A DNA stretch of 64,000 nt. Source: Candidatus Velthaea sp. (GTDB lineage: Bacteria; Vulcanimicrobiota; Vulcanimicrobiia; Vulcanimicrobiales; Vulcanimicrobiaceae). The translations under genes were made by a program, and so were the position numbers. This document shows, piece by piece, positions 41,355 through 50,482 of this stretch; the first letter of the stretch is position 1; every line of letters starts with the position of its first letter. The stretch lies in NCBI GenBank assembly GCA_965214935.1, contig CBDCCS010000002.1:20617-84616 (forward strand), read 5' to 3'. The notes beneath the pieces were generated by a model that searched no databases, was not told the DNA's origin, and was given only the letters and a program-made list of their open reading frames with translations.

Positions 41355-41942
41355 GTGCTCGAGGGCAGTGAATACCTGCCGCAACGCGGTCCGGTGGTCA
41401 TCGTAGCGCGGCATTACCATCATCTGCTCGACGGCGCGGTTCTTGTTTCGCGCTTAAAGCGTCCGGTCCACATCGTCGTCGCGCTCGATTGGACGGTGGA
41501 CGCGCGGCAGCGAACCTGGATGGAACGCGCCTGTCGCGCAGCGCAATATCCGATCGTGCTACGCCGGCCGAGTCTGTCGACAAGCGGTGCGTACCGGCCC
41601 GACGAGCTGCTGCGCTACACCCGCAATGCCTTGCGCGAGACGACCCGGCTGCTGCGCGCCGGCCGCGTCGTGGTCGTGTTTGCCGAAGGTTATCCGAATG
41701 TCGATCCGAGTGGCCGGCAAAAACGCGGCGCAGATGACTGGCTGCCCTTCGAATCCGGGTTTCTGCGTATGATCGGCCTCGCCGAACGTGACGGTAAGAC
41801 GCAGGTTTCGCTGGTGCCGGTCGGCTTTCACTACGAATGGCACGAGCGCTGGTCGATCACGGCGCGCATGGGACCGCCGCTTCGTCGTGACGAGCGGCAA
41901 ATCGCGACGATCGAACAAGCGGTGCGGCGTCTCTCCACGTAA
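41355..41942 (+). CDS. PlsC-type (LPLAT) acyltransferase
   Basis: EG.E.LP..GPVVIVARHYHHLLDG, VVVFAEG, LVPVG; start uncertain. Confidence 0.8.
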   Translation: MLEGSEYLPQRGPVVIVARHYHHLLDGAVLVSRLKRPVHIVVALDWTVDARQRTWMERACRAAQYPIVLRRPSLSTSGAYRPDELLRYTRNALRETTRLLRAGRVVVVFAEGYPNVDPSGRQKRGADDWLPFESGFLRMIGLAERDGKTQVSLVPVGFHYEWHERWSITARMGPPLRRDERQIATIEQAVRRLST

Positions 41943-43128
41943 TTCGCAAGTCGCTGCAATCGCCGGCAGCATTACGGCAATCGTTGCCGGCGGACTCGTA
42001 CTATTCATCGAGATGTGGACCGTCGTTCCGGCGCCGACGCTGCCGCTTCTCGCCTTGGCGGTTTTGGTGCCGGAACTAAGCCCGTGGCTGAGCGTGTGCT
42101 GCATCGCGGCCGGCGCGATCGCGCAGTTCGCAGCGCGCAGCTGGGCTCGTGACGTCGGCGTTCTATGCGCGGCGGCGGCACTGGGTTTTGCGCTGTTGCC
42201 GTGGGGCTTATTACCCGTCACGATCGCCCGCTGCGACCGCGAGATGCAAATAGCTTTGGGCGCCGGCGCCGTTGCGCGTGCATCGCCGAGCCCGCCGCGA
42301 CTCAGCCGAGCGTATTCGCTCGGCCTGGCCCTGGTCGGCGATCGGGATGCCGCGCCGGTGACGGCGCTTTACGAACGCCCGGTAGAACTGCGCGACGGAC
42401 GACGCTTATTTCTCGACGTCTACGCGCCGCCGACGCCCGGCCTGCACCCGGCGATCGTGATCGTGTATGGCGGCGCCTGGATTTTCGGCAGCCGGGCCGA
42501 CAGCGCAGCCATTGCGCAGACGTACGCCCGCGACGGCTATACTGCCGTTGCCATCGATTACCGGCATGCACCGGCGTACCGCTATCCGACGCAGATAAAC
42601 GATGTCCGCGATGCGCTTGGGGCGATCGCTCGCCACGCAGCGGCCTGGCAGATTGACGTCGGGCGCGTTGCGCTGCTAGGCCGCAGCGCCGGTGCGCAAT
42701 TGGCGTTGCTGGCGGCGTATCTGCCGGAGCCGGTTCCGATTCGAGCAGTCGTTGCTTACTACGCCCCGACCGATTTAATCGGCGGCTATCGCGATCCGCC
42801 GGATCCCGATCCGGCCGACGTCGACCGGATTCTACGCGCTTACATCGGCGGGACGCCCGAGGAACGGAACGGCGCGTACGTCGCGGCTTCGCCGTTGCGG
42901 CACGTACGAGCCGGCTTACCTCCGACGCTGCTCATCGGCGGTGGACGTGATGAGCTCGTGCGACTTGCTTTCGCGCATGAACTGCGCGCTGCACTGCGCG
43001 AACGGCGGAACCGCGTTGCAGCCTTGGACATTCCATGGAGCAATCACGCTTTTGATACAATTCCGAACGGAACGGGGGGACAACTGGCACGCTACTATAC
43101 CGAACGGTTTTTGGCATCCGAATTATAA
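41887..43128 (+). CDS. Membrane-anchored alpha/beta hydrolase (lipase/esterase)
   Basis: YGGAW oxyanion hole, GRSAG nucleophile, DELV, NHAFD; start uncertain. Confidence 0.88.
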   Translation: MTSGKSRRSNKRCGVSPRNSQVAAIAGSITAIVAGGLVLFIEMWTVVPAPTLPLLALAVLVPELSPWLSVCCIAAGAIAQFAARSWARDVGVLCAAAALGFALLPWGLLPVTIARCDREMQIALGAGAVARASPSPPRLSRAYSLGLALVGDRDAAPVTALYERPVELRDGRRLFLDVYAPPTPGLHPAIVIVYGGAWIFGSRADSAAIAQTYARDGYTAVAIDYRHAPAYRYPTQINDVRDALGAIARHAAAWQIDVGRVALLGRSAGAQLALLAAYLPEPVPIRAVVAYYAPTDLIGGYRDPPDPDPADVDRILRAYIGGTPEERNGAYVAASPLRHVRAGLPPTLLIGGGRDELVRLAFAHELRAALRERRNRVAALDIPWSNHAFDTIPNGTGGQLARYYTERFLASEL

Positions 43129-43200
43129 TGTACGCCGCGCGATGCCGGCGAATAAACTGCGTTGCGATACGAGCAGCGCAGAATCGGGTACATTGCGCGC

Positions 43201-43773
43201 ATGCTCAACGACGTCGGAAGTCTCGTTGCCCGTCTCGCACTCGGCGGCAGTATTGCGGCGCACGGTGCTCAAAAAGCTTGGGGGGCGTTCGGGGGGCCCG
43301 GACCGCAAGGTGCCGCGATGTTCATGGAAAGCTTGGGCTTCATGCCCGGAGCACGGTACGCGGGTGCCGCTTCCGGCAGCGAACTCATTGCCGGCCTTTT
43401 GATTGCCGCAGGCGCCGGCGGCCCGCTCGGTCCGGCGCTTTTGCTTTCCACGATGGTCGTTGCTCAGACGGCCGTTCACGCCAAGAACGGTTATTTTGCG
43501 CAGGGCGGCGGTATCGAACTCGGCGTCATGTACTCGACTGCCGCGCTTGCGCTTGCGACCGGCGGATACGGCCGCTTTTCGGTCGATCACGCCTTGAGCT
43601 GGACGAAGCTACGCGAGCCGGGGTTGACGGCCTTGATCCTCGCGGGCGGCGTTGCGGGCGGCTTAGCCGTTCTAGCTCAACGGGCACCGATCGAGGTTCC
43701 GGCGCAGGGTCTCGATACGCAGTCTGAATCAGACACTGCCGGCGCTCCGCACGATACAGCGACCGCGACCTAA
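43201..43773 (+). CDS. DoxX family membrane protein
   Basis: RLALGG..AAHGAQKAWGAFGGPG, VHAKNG, GGIE, GRFSVD. Confidence 0.9.
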   Translation: MLNDVGSLVARLALGGSIAAHGAQKAWGAFGGPGPQGAAMFMESLGFMPGARYAGAASGSELIAGLLIAAGAGGPLGPALLLSTMVVAQTAVHAKNGYFAQGGGIELGVMYSTAALALATGGYGRFSVDHALSWTKLREPGLTALILAGGVAGGLAVLAQRAPIEVPAQGLDTQSESDTAGAPHDTATAT

Positions 43774-43801
43774 AACCCAAGCCGCCCGAAGCCGCTCGCA
43801 C

Positions 43802-43847
43802 AAAAAAAGCTCGTCTCCGGAGAGACGAGCCTTCTTTTCTTACTTTT
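43802..43847. terminator. Bidirectional intrinsic terminator
   Basis: A7-GCTCGTCTC-cgga-GAGACGAGC-T-rich tail between convergent genes. Confidence 0.88.
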
Positions 43848-43849
43848 AG

Positions 43850-44209
43850 TTAGCGGTAAGACTGACGCGATGCAAAGCAATCACGGCAGTAAACGGGCTT
43901 GTCGCCACGTGGCTGGAACGGCACTTGGGCCACACCACCGCACTGGCTGCAAGTCGCATTGAACATCTCGCGCTGCGGACGTGCACCGCCGCCGTTGCCG
44001 CCGAAGCTGCTTCCGCCGCCGCCGCCGCCGCTGTAGCTCGAGGATCCGCCGCCGCCACCGGCACGTTGCGCTTTACGCGCAGCACGACAGTCGGGGCAAC
44101 GATTCGGCTTGTTGGTAAAGCCCTTCGAGGCAAAAAATTCTTGCTCGCCGGCGCTAAAAGTGAAAGGGGCGTTGCAGTCAACGCAATTGAGGGTTTCGTC
44201 AGTGTACAT
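43850..44209 (-). CDS. Double zinc-ribbon (CxxC-x17-CxxC domain) protein with Gly-rich linker
   Basis: CVDC..FTFSAGEQEFF..KGF..PNRCPDCR; REMFNATCSQCG..VPFQPRGDKPVYCRDCF. Confidence 0.92.
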   Translation of the reverse strand: MYTDETLNCVDCNAPFTFSAGEQEFFASKGFTNKPNRCPDCRAARKAQRAGGGGGSSSYSGGGGGGSSFGGNGGGARPQREMFNATCSQCGGVAQVPFQPRGDKPVYCRDCFASRQSYR

Positions 44210-44214
44210 CGGTA

Positions 44215-44279
44215 CTCCAAATTTCAGGTTTGACTATAGGCGTCTGATTGATCACTTCGCTAGACCTGAACCCTTGGAG
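44215..44279 (-). promoter_or_regulatory. 5'-UTR hairpin sequestering the Shine-Dalgarno sequence
   Basis: CUCCAA..UUCAGGU pairs with ACCUGAA..UUGGAG; GGAG lies 5 nt before the ATG. Confidence 0.6.
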
Positions 44280-44678
44280 CTGAAGACGGATCTTCCAAAA
44301 CCTCTGAGCGGACCGCTAATGACTCCGGTCCACACGACGCCTGGCGCGGTCCGGTATCACCATTTATAACACATCTTTATTGAAAAAGATGCAATTGTTT
44401 TTGCTCTGCTCGGAACTTAACGACTTCGTGCGCCCGATTACTTTGTGGCGCAGCAGCTTCGGCGGCTAATGTCCCGTAAACACGTGCAGTTGATTCGGCC
44501 ACTGGAGGGCGGCAGGTACATTATATGCTGCTTCCCCTTGGGGCGTTATTACCGATTAACGAACTCTCTGCAGAATGCCAGACATTTGGCACACAAGGCG
44601 GCTAATGTCGGCCTATGAACCATCGATTGCATTGCCGGTGTCGCCGGACTCCGTTTTTCTGCTCGACTACGCGCCGCC

Positions 44679-45245
44679 ATGTTACTCGCGGCTGACCGGC
44701 TCGCGCGCGCGAAAGCACGTCCCGTGCTCGTCGAACACGTTATTCGTACCGCTTTGCGAGATGCAATCGCTTGGCGAATCGGCGGCGGCGCCGCACCGGA
44801 GAGCGAAGCCTTGGGCGCAGCGGCCGTCGTGGCAACGCGCCAGTTGCTCGACGCGCGTGCCGCAGACGTTGCCGAACTGTCGCGCACCTTGTCCGCCGTG
44901 CAAGCCGCGGCACGCACGTTCACGCAGTCGAAGCTGTGGCACCGGCTCATGTCCGTACCGACGTCTCGATTTATCCGCCTCGAGCCGGATGCGAGCGGCC
45001 CCGACGCCATCATCCGCGACCGGCATGGCCGCGTCCATGTTGTTGCGCTCCGCTTTACCGGCGACGCCTTCGCAGCGGGAAGTGCAGCGCTACATGTAGC
45101 GCAATCGACACGGCTTGCCGCTGCCGATCGGCTAGCGCCCCTTCACGTTCATATCTTTTGCTTGAGAACCAAACGCCGCCATGCCTTTCAACTCGATGTA
45201 GCGGGACATCGGGCGCATTTATCCATCGGCTACAGCGCCGCATAA
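44679..45245 (+). CDS. Hypothetical protein
   Basis: 188-aa Ala-rich ORF with protein-like composition filling the gap; start uncertain. Confidence 0.55.
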   Translation: MLLAADRLARAKARPVLVEHVIRTALRDAIAWRIGGGAAPESEALGAAAVVATRQLLDARAADVAELSRTLSAVQAAARTFTQSKLWHRLMSVPTSRFIRLEPDASGPDAIIRDRHGRVHVVALRFTGDAFAAGSAALHVAQSTRLAAADRLAPLHVHIFCLRTKRRHAFQLDVAGHRAHLSIGYSAA

Positions 45246-45428
45246 TAGTCGATTCACGCAAAAGCCGCAGGCGGGCGCGACGGCAAGCAAGAGCGGCGTT
45301 CGCTGGGTTTGTACCACGACGCAATCCGCGTGCCGCCATGTGCCGTTGCTGCTTCGAGCGATCGTCTACATCGTTCACACTTTTGCGCCCACGCTGCTTC
45401 ACAGTGAATCACTGAGAAGGAAGTATCT

Positions 45429-46712
45429 ATGCAACTCAGGCGCCTCGCCGTCACATCGACGGCGGTCGTCGCCCTTGCAACCGGTGCGTTTCTCTATACA
45501 TCGCATCCGGCTCAAGGTTCGGACCACCAAGACGCTCCTGCCGTGCTTGCCCAGCCCGGGGCGGACATTACCGACGTCTACGCTTTTCCATCACCCCGTA
45601 ACGCGAAAAATGTCGATATCGTCATGAACGTCCATCCGCTTATCCCGCCCGGCACCAGTGGAAACGTAACGCTCGATCCGACGGTTTTATATCAATTCAA
45701 AGCCGCGCACGGAACGGCACTCGCGGCCGACGCCGGCTTCCAGATCGTGGCCAACGGCTACGGCTCGAAACAGACGGTAAGCCTGTACGGCAAACGCGGA
45801 GCGTCGATCGACTGGTCGACGACCGGAACACCGCTGGGAACCTTCGGATTCAATCGTCCGGGCGGTACGCCGGTTGCCGACGGAATCACAGCGTTTGCCG
45901 GTCCCCGCGCCGACCCGTTCTTCTTCGATCTCTTCCAGTTCTTCAAGATCTTACCGGATCGCGACTACGCCAATCCGCGCACCGGAAACAAGCTCGGCTA
46001 TGGGACGCCGTCGTTCAACGGCTTTCTCGACGGCATGACGTCGGGTCCGTATGCCGGCAATTATGCTTGCAGCACGGCACCGTCCACGAATGCCTTGACC
46101 CAACTCAACGAAGGTTTCGACGTCGTCTCGATCGTCCTCGAAGTACCGCGTTCGGTGGTCGCGTTGTCGAACCAATCGCCGGTCGTACATCTTTGGGCAA
46201 CGGCGAGCGCCGCAACCAACGGGCGGCGTGACGGGCACGTCGTTTACAAGCAGATCGAATTGCTGTCGCGTCCGGCAGTCAAGGAACTCTTCGAGGTCTT
46301 CAACGAACACGAAGACACCAACGCAACGGATCCCTACAACGATCCGACGATCAAGTCGTCGATCTACAATTTCATGACCACCGTCGCGGGCCGCAGCACG
46401 GCCATTTCCAAAACCGTTACCGCAGTTCTCTATCCGAACGAGCTTGCATTCGACGTATCGCAACGCGGGCAGGCGGCTTATCTCGGCGTCGAGACGGGTG
46501 GCGCAACCGGCGGCAAGTTCGGCGGTCGCGGACTTACCGATGATGTTATCGGAACATCGCTCGGCGTTGTTTTCGGCAACACCATTCCCGCTTTGGGGCT
46601 TACACCGGACGATCATAAAGAGAATCAGTGTCTCGCTGCAGAGCACGTCGTCTCCGGTCAGGGCGGCACGCAAACGCAACCGGACTTCCCCTATCTGGCG
46701 AATCCGCACTAA
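45429..46712 (+). CDS. DUF4331 family exported protein
   Basis: Signal peptide then SDHQDAP..ADITDVYAF, FAGPRADPFFFD, GRGLTDDVI, FPYLANPH. Confidence 0.9.
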   Translation: MQLRRLAVTSTAVVALATGAFLYTSHPAQGSDHQDAPAVLAQPGADITDVYAFPSPRNAKNVDIVMNVHPLIPPGTSGNVTLDPTVLYQFKAAHGTALAADAGFQIVANGYGSKQTVSLYGKRGASIDWSTTGTPLGTFGFNRPGGTPVADGITAFAGPRADPFFFDLFQFFKILPDRDYANPRTGNKLGYGTPSFNGFLDGMTSGPYAGNYACSTAPSTNALTQLNEGFDVVSIVLEVPRSVVALSNQSPVVHLWATASAATNGRRDGHVVYKQIELLSRPAVKELFEVFNEHEDTNATDPYNDPTIKSSIYNFMTTVAGRSTAISKTVTAVLYPNELAFDVSQRGQAAYLGVETGGATGGKFGGRGLTDDVIGTSLGVVFGNTIPALGLTPDDHKENQCLAAEHVVSGQGGTQTQPDFPYLANPH

Positions 46713-46728
46713 GCGCATTTGCACGCCG

Positions 46729-46758
46729 GCGGCGGCTACGTCTTATCGTAGTCGCCGC
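46729..46758 (+). other. Intercistronic stem-loop
   Basis: GCGGCGGCTACG-tcttat-CGTAGTCGCCGC. Confidence 0.55.
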
Positions 46759-46794
46759 TTGCGCCGTAATTGCACGATCAGGTAAGGATCACGA

Positions 46795-48123
46795 GTGACC
46801 ATTCGTACACTTCTTCCCGTCGTCGCCCTCGCGTCGATCGGCGCGTTTGCCTGGCCGTTTTACATCAACCATCGCGTCGCCCAAGTCGAAGCAGCGCCCG
46901 CTTATGCAATAGCACCGGTCACACGTGACTACGAACAGCGCTCCAAACTCATAGCGTTTTGGGAAGGCTCGGTCCGCGAGCAGCATGCCAATGATATGCT
47001 CAGCCCGCGCGAACTCGCCGGTCAATACATGCAGCGTTACCGCGAACAGGGGGACATCGACGATGTCATTCGCGCGCAGCACATGGCCGAGCAATCGCTT
47101 CGTATTATGCCCAGCGCCGCTTCGATCGATGAATTAGCGACGGTCATGCTGACGTTGCATCGCTTCCGCGATGCCTTGCGTTACGTCGACAGACTTGTCG
47201 CCGTCAGTCCGCACAACGCGGGTTTCCTCGCTCAAAAAGCAAATTTGCAAATGGAGCTGGGCGACTACCGTCAGGCGGATGCAACGCTGCGTCGCGTGCG
47301 TGAAGCCGACCGTCAGAGCGTCGCCGTCGAGACGAGCCGCTCGCGCTATGCCGAACTCACCGGCCGGCTCGCTGCTGCACGTGCCTTACTCGCCGACGCC
47401 TCCGCGCAAGCCGATGCGCACGTCGATGAGCCCGCACAATCGCGGGCTTGGTATCATTTTCGCGCCGGGGAACTTGCGTTCGAGGCCGGCGACAATGCGG
47501 CCGCTTTGGCGGACGAGCGGGACGCCTTAGCGCTTTTTCCAACGTACAATCTTGCACTGAAAGATAAAGCGAAGTTCGAGCTTGCAAATCACGATTATCG
47601 GTCGGCTCTAAGCGACGCCCAGGATGGTGCACGCGTCACTCCGTTCGCCGAGACACTCGGCTATGAGGCTGACGCACAGAGCGCGCTCGGCGACACGCGC
47701 GGCGCCGCGGCCACCCGTGACGTGATCTTCGCCATCGAGCGCATCGGTAACGTTTATCGGGTCAACGATCGGCTGCTGGCGGTTTACTATGCCGATCATC
47801 GCTTACGCTCCGCTGATGCGCTCACTATTGCGCGGCGCGAGGTTGCGGTGCGCGGAAACGAGATCTACGCGCAAGACACTCTGGCCTGGGCGGCTGCAAT
47901 GGACGGGCATTGGGCCGAAGCGAAGCAAGCCGCAACGCAAGCCGTTCGGTTCGGAACGCAAGACCCGATCGTTCAGTACCATGCCGGCGCGATCGCGCTG
48001 CAAACCGGTGACCGTGCTTTAGCGGCACGACATCTCAAACTGGCGTTCGATGCCAACGCGCACTTCCACCCGGTATTCGCTGATGACGCCCGGCTCAAAT
48101 TAGCTCAGTTGCAATCCCGCTAA
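46795..48123 (+). CDS. Tetratricopeptide-repeat protein (DUF4331 partner)
   Basis: N-terminal TM/signal segment, helical repeats, LHRFRDAL, DTLAWA, YHAG. Confidence 0.85.
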   Translation: MTIRTLLPVVALASIGAFAWPFYINHRVAQVEAAPAYAIAPVTRDYEQRSKLIAFWEGSVREQHANDMLSPRELAGQYMQRYREQGDIDDVIRAQHMAEQSLRIMPSAASIDELATVMLTLHRFRDALRYVDRLVAVSPHNAGFLAQKANLQMELGDYRQADATLRRVREADRQSVAVETSRSRYAELTGRLAAARALLADASAQADAHVDEPAQSRAWYHFRAGELAFEAGDNAAALADERDALALFPTYNLALKDKAKFELANHDYRSALSDAQDGARVTPFAETLGYEADAQSALGDTRGAAATRDVIFAIERIGNVYRVNDRLLAVYYADHRLRSADALTIARREVAVRGNEIYAQDTLAWAAAMDGHWAEAKQAATQAVRFGTQDPIVQYHAGAIALQTGDRALAARHLKLAFDANAHFHPVFADDARLKLAQLQSR

Positions 48124-48186
48124 TCGCAAGCAGATCTTGCCGCGCCGCCGCGCGGTCGTGATGAGCGCGTCGGAGGACGTACATCA

Positions 48187-49062
48187 TTGTCAGCATTGCC
48201 GATTACCTTGCGCCGGGAAACCGACGCCGTGCGAACCACGGTCGTAGTTCCGCGTCCCGTTTCGCGATCGGTTGTCACGCCGGCTGCCGACAGCGTTGCG
48301 CGGCGGTCAGACGCCGCCCGGCTGTCACTACGCGATTATGCGAAGAGCGGTCGCGCCGGAGCGGAATCGCCGGCGCAACGCCGCGATCAGCTCGTCCAGG
48401 CGCTGCTTGCGCGCGTTCCGGCCGGAGATCGCAGCGCCGCTCGGACGGCGATACCGGCGATTCTCGACGCGGCTCGCAAGCTGGGCAGTTCGGACCCGAA
48501 TCAACTCGGCTACCTCCTTGCAACGGCGCAAACGGAATCCGATTTCGGTACGACCATGGTCGAGACCGGTCACTCGAAGCAATGGTTCGAGCAGAACTAC
48601 GGTGGTGAGGACGGAAATCGGCCCGGTACGGACGATGGATACGCATATCGCGGTCGCGGTTACGTGCAAACGACACATGCCGGACGCTATGCCGAGTTAT
48701 CGCACCGGCTCGGACTTCCCGACGTCCCGGTCGGTCAGTGCGCAAGCCATTCTACCCGCGCAGGTGTTAGACGCGAGCCGGAATTGGTTGCCGAGCCGAA
48801 TCGACTGACCGAACCGACGCTTGCGGCAGCGGCGCTTGTCGTCGGTGTACAAGAGAATTTATTCACTCACAACGCAGCGGCGGCGATCGACAAAACGATT
48901 CCGGCCGGCAAAGCACCGGGGAAAGCTGATTTCTACCATGCACGGGCGATCGTAAACGGAATCGTCCGAACGCAAGCGCTGACGATCGCCGCGCATGCAA
49001 CGGCGTACGCGCACGTTCTTGCCGACTACCGCTCGGTGCTCGACGCCCCGACCGCGAAATGA
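48187..49062 (+). CDS. GH19-like (chitinase/lysozyme fold) hydrolase
   Basis: TTG after GGAGG; QLGYLLATAQTES, GNRPGTDDGYAYRGRGYVQTT, ARAIVNG. Confidence 0.82.
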   Translation: MSALPITLRRETDAVRTTVVVPRPVSRSVVTPAADSVARRSDAARLSLRDYAKSGRAGAESPAQRRDQLVQALLARVPAGDRSAARTAIPAILDAARKLGSSDPNQLGYLLATAQTESDFGTTMVETGHSKQWFEQNYGGEDGNRPGTDDGYAYRGRGYVQTTHAGRYAELSHRLGLPDVPVGQCASHSTRAGVRREPELVAEPNRLTEPTLAAAALVVGVQENLFTHNAAAAIDKTIPAGKAPGKADFYHARAIVNGIVRTQALTIAAHATAYAHVLADYRSVLDAPTAK

Positions 49063-49610
49063 TCTTCGCGGCTGCACGCACGACGTCGATCGGTGCCGTT
49101 CTCTTGAGTATTGTAACTCTGTTGCTGACGGTTCGCGCCGACGCGGAGTCACGTGATCTATACGACCGCAGCGTACACGGCTTGCTGCACGCAAGTGGCC
49201 TACCGGTGCTTCTTCCAGCAACGATTCCAACGCCGATCGGAGCCGTCGTTTCGGTGGCGGTGATCGACGCCGATCGTGAGGGATACTACGTCGGATACTC
49301 GACCCACGCCGGATGTAACGGCGGCCTATCATGCGCGATTTTGCACGTTGCAGCTTATCGGCGGTCGTCGGTCGCCGGACGGACATACGGCAGGGACCGG
49401 CGGGTCTCGCTACCGGACCATTCGCACGGGTATTACTCGGCTCGTGATTGTTCGGGATCGAGTTGCGTCGAATCGTCGTTGACATTCGCACGCCGCAACG
49501 CTATCTACGAAATCGATGCAAAGGTAACGCCCGCCTTACCGCTTTTGTTTGAGGTATATCGCCGCTTGCGGCCGCTGGAGCCGCAATCGCATCGAAGCTA
49601 CGGGCGTTGA
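49059..49610 (+). CDS. Exported Cys-containing hypothetical protein
   Basis: Signal peptide (VRA/ADA cleavage-like), SGLPVLLP, two Cys pairs; ATGA overlap with the GH19 gene. Confidence 0.7.
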   Translation: MIFAAARTTSIGAVLLSIVTLLLTVRADAESRDLYDRSVHGLLHASGLPVLLPATIPTPIGAVVSVAVIDADREGYYVGYSTHAGCNGGLSCAILHVAAYRRSSVAGRTYGRDRRVSLPDHSHGYYSARDCSGSSCVESSLTFARRNAIYEIDAKVTPALPLLFEVYRRLRPLEPQSHRSYGR

Positions 49611-50398
49611 GCCATGCGCAAGGACTCCCAGCTTGCATCGCAAGTCCAACCGCCGTCGACTACGATCGTTTGACCGTTGATAAAACCGCTCTTTGTTGCA
49701 TCGCTTAGAAAGACGATCGCTTGGGCGATATCATCCGGCGTTGCAAACCGGGCCATCGGCACACGATTGATGATATCACTATCACGATAATTACCGCTCG
49801 ACTGGTCGGCCGCGTCCATTTCCGTTTTCACCCAGCCCGGACACACGGCATTACAGCGAACGTTGAAGCCGCCCCATTCTGCAGCAAGCGTACGCGTCAA
49901 TCCAATTAACCCATGCTTACTTGCGTTATACGCCGCACGTTCGGCAACGGCGGCTAAGCCGGCAATCGAAGCAACGTTGACGATGGCGCCGCTTCGTTGC
50001 GCGATCATGCGTGTTCCGAAGACTTGAGCCAAGAGAAACGGTGCGACGAGATTGATGTCCAATACGCGCTTGAGGTCCGTCACGCTCGTTTCGGACGCCG
50101 GGCGGATGAGACTGATCCCGGCGTTGTTCACGAGCACGTCGATCCGGCCGAAATCGCGCCGGACGATATCCGCGACGGCATCCACGAACGCCGGTTCGCC
50201 GAGATCGCCGACCGCTTCAACGGCGTGACCACCGTCCCGTTCGATCGACAGCCGAGTTGCCGAAGGTGCGTTCACGTCCACGAGAACGAGCGTAAAGCCC
50301 GCCGCCGCCAGCATTTCCGACGTGCGCTTGCCGATGCCCTGAGCGGCTCCGGTAACGACCGCCACTTTTGTTATTACTGCTTCCATCACTGTCGTCAT
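49598..50398 (-). CDS. Short-chain dehydrogenase/reductase
   Basis: TGAAQGIG, NNAG, YNASK, CPGWVKT. Confidence 0.95.
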   Translation of the reverse strand: MTTVMEAVITKVAVVTGAAQGIGKRTSEMLAAAGFTLVLVDVNAPSATRLSIERDGGHAVEAVGDLGEPAFVDAVADIVRRDFGRIDVLVNNAGISLIRPASETSVTDLKRVLDINLVAPFLLAQVFGTRMIAQRSGAIVNVASIAGLAAVAERAAYNASKHGLIGLTRTLAAEWGGFNVRCNAVCPGWVKTEMDAADQSSGNYRDSDIINRVPMARFATPDDIAQAIVFLSDATKSGFINGQTIVVDGGWTCDASWESLRMAQRP

Positions 50399-50482
50399 GT
50401 CGATTGCGGCGTTTCGTAGGCCGGCTCATTGCTCCGTTGCGGCCAGGGAACTGCACGCAGCCGCGCGCACTCGAATCGCAAT

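Noticed and set aside
43985..44062. (GCC)n tandem repeats
   Set aside because: They simply encode the Gly-rich linker of the zinc-ribbon protein.
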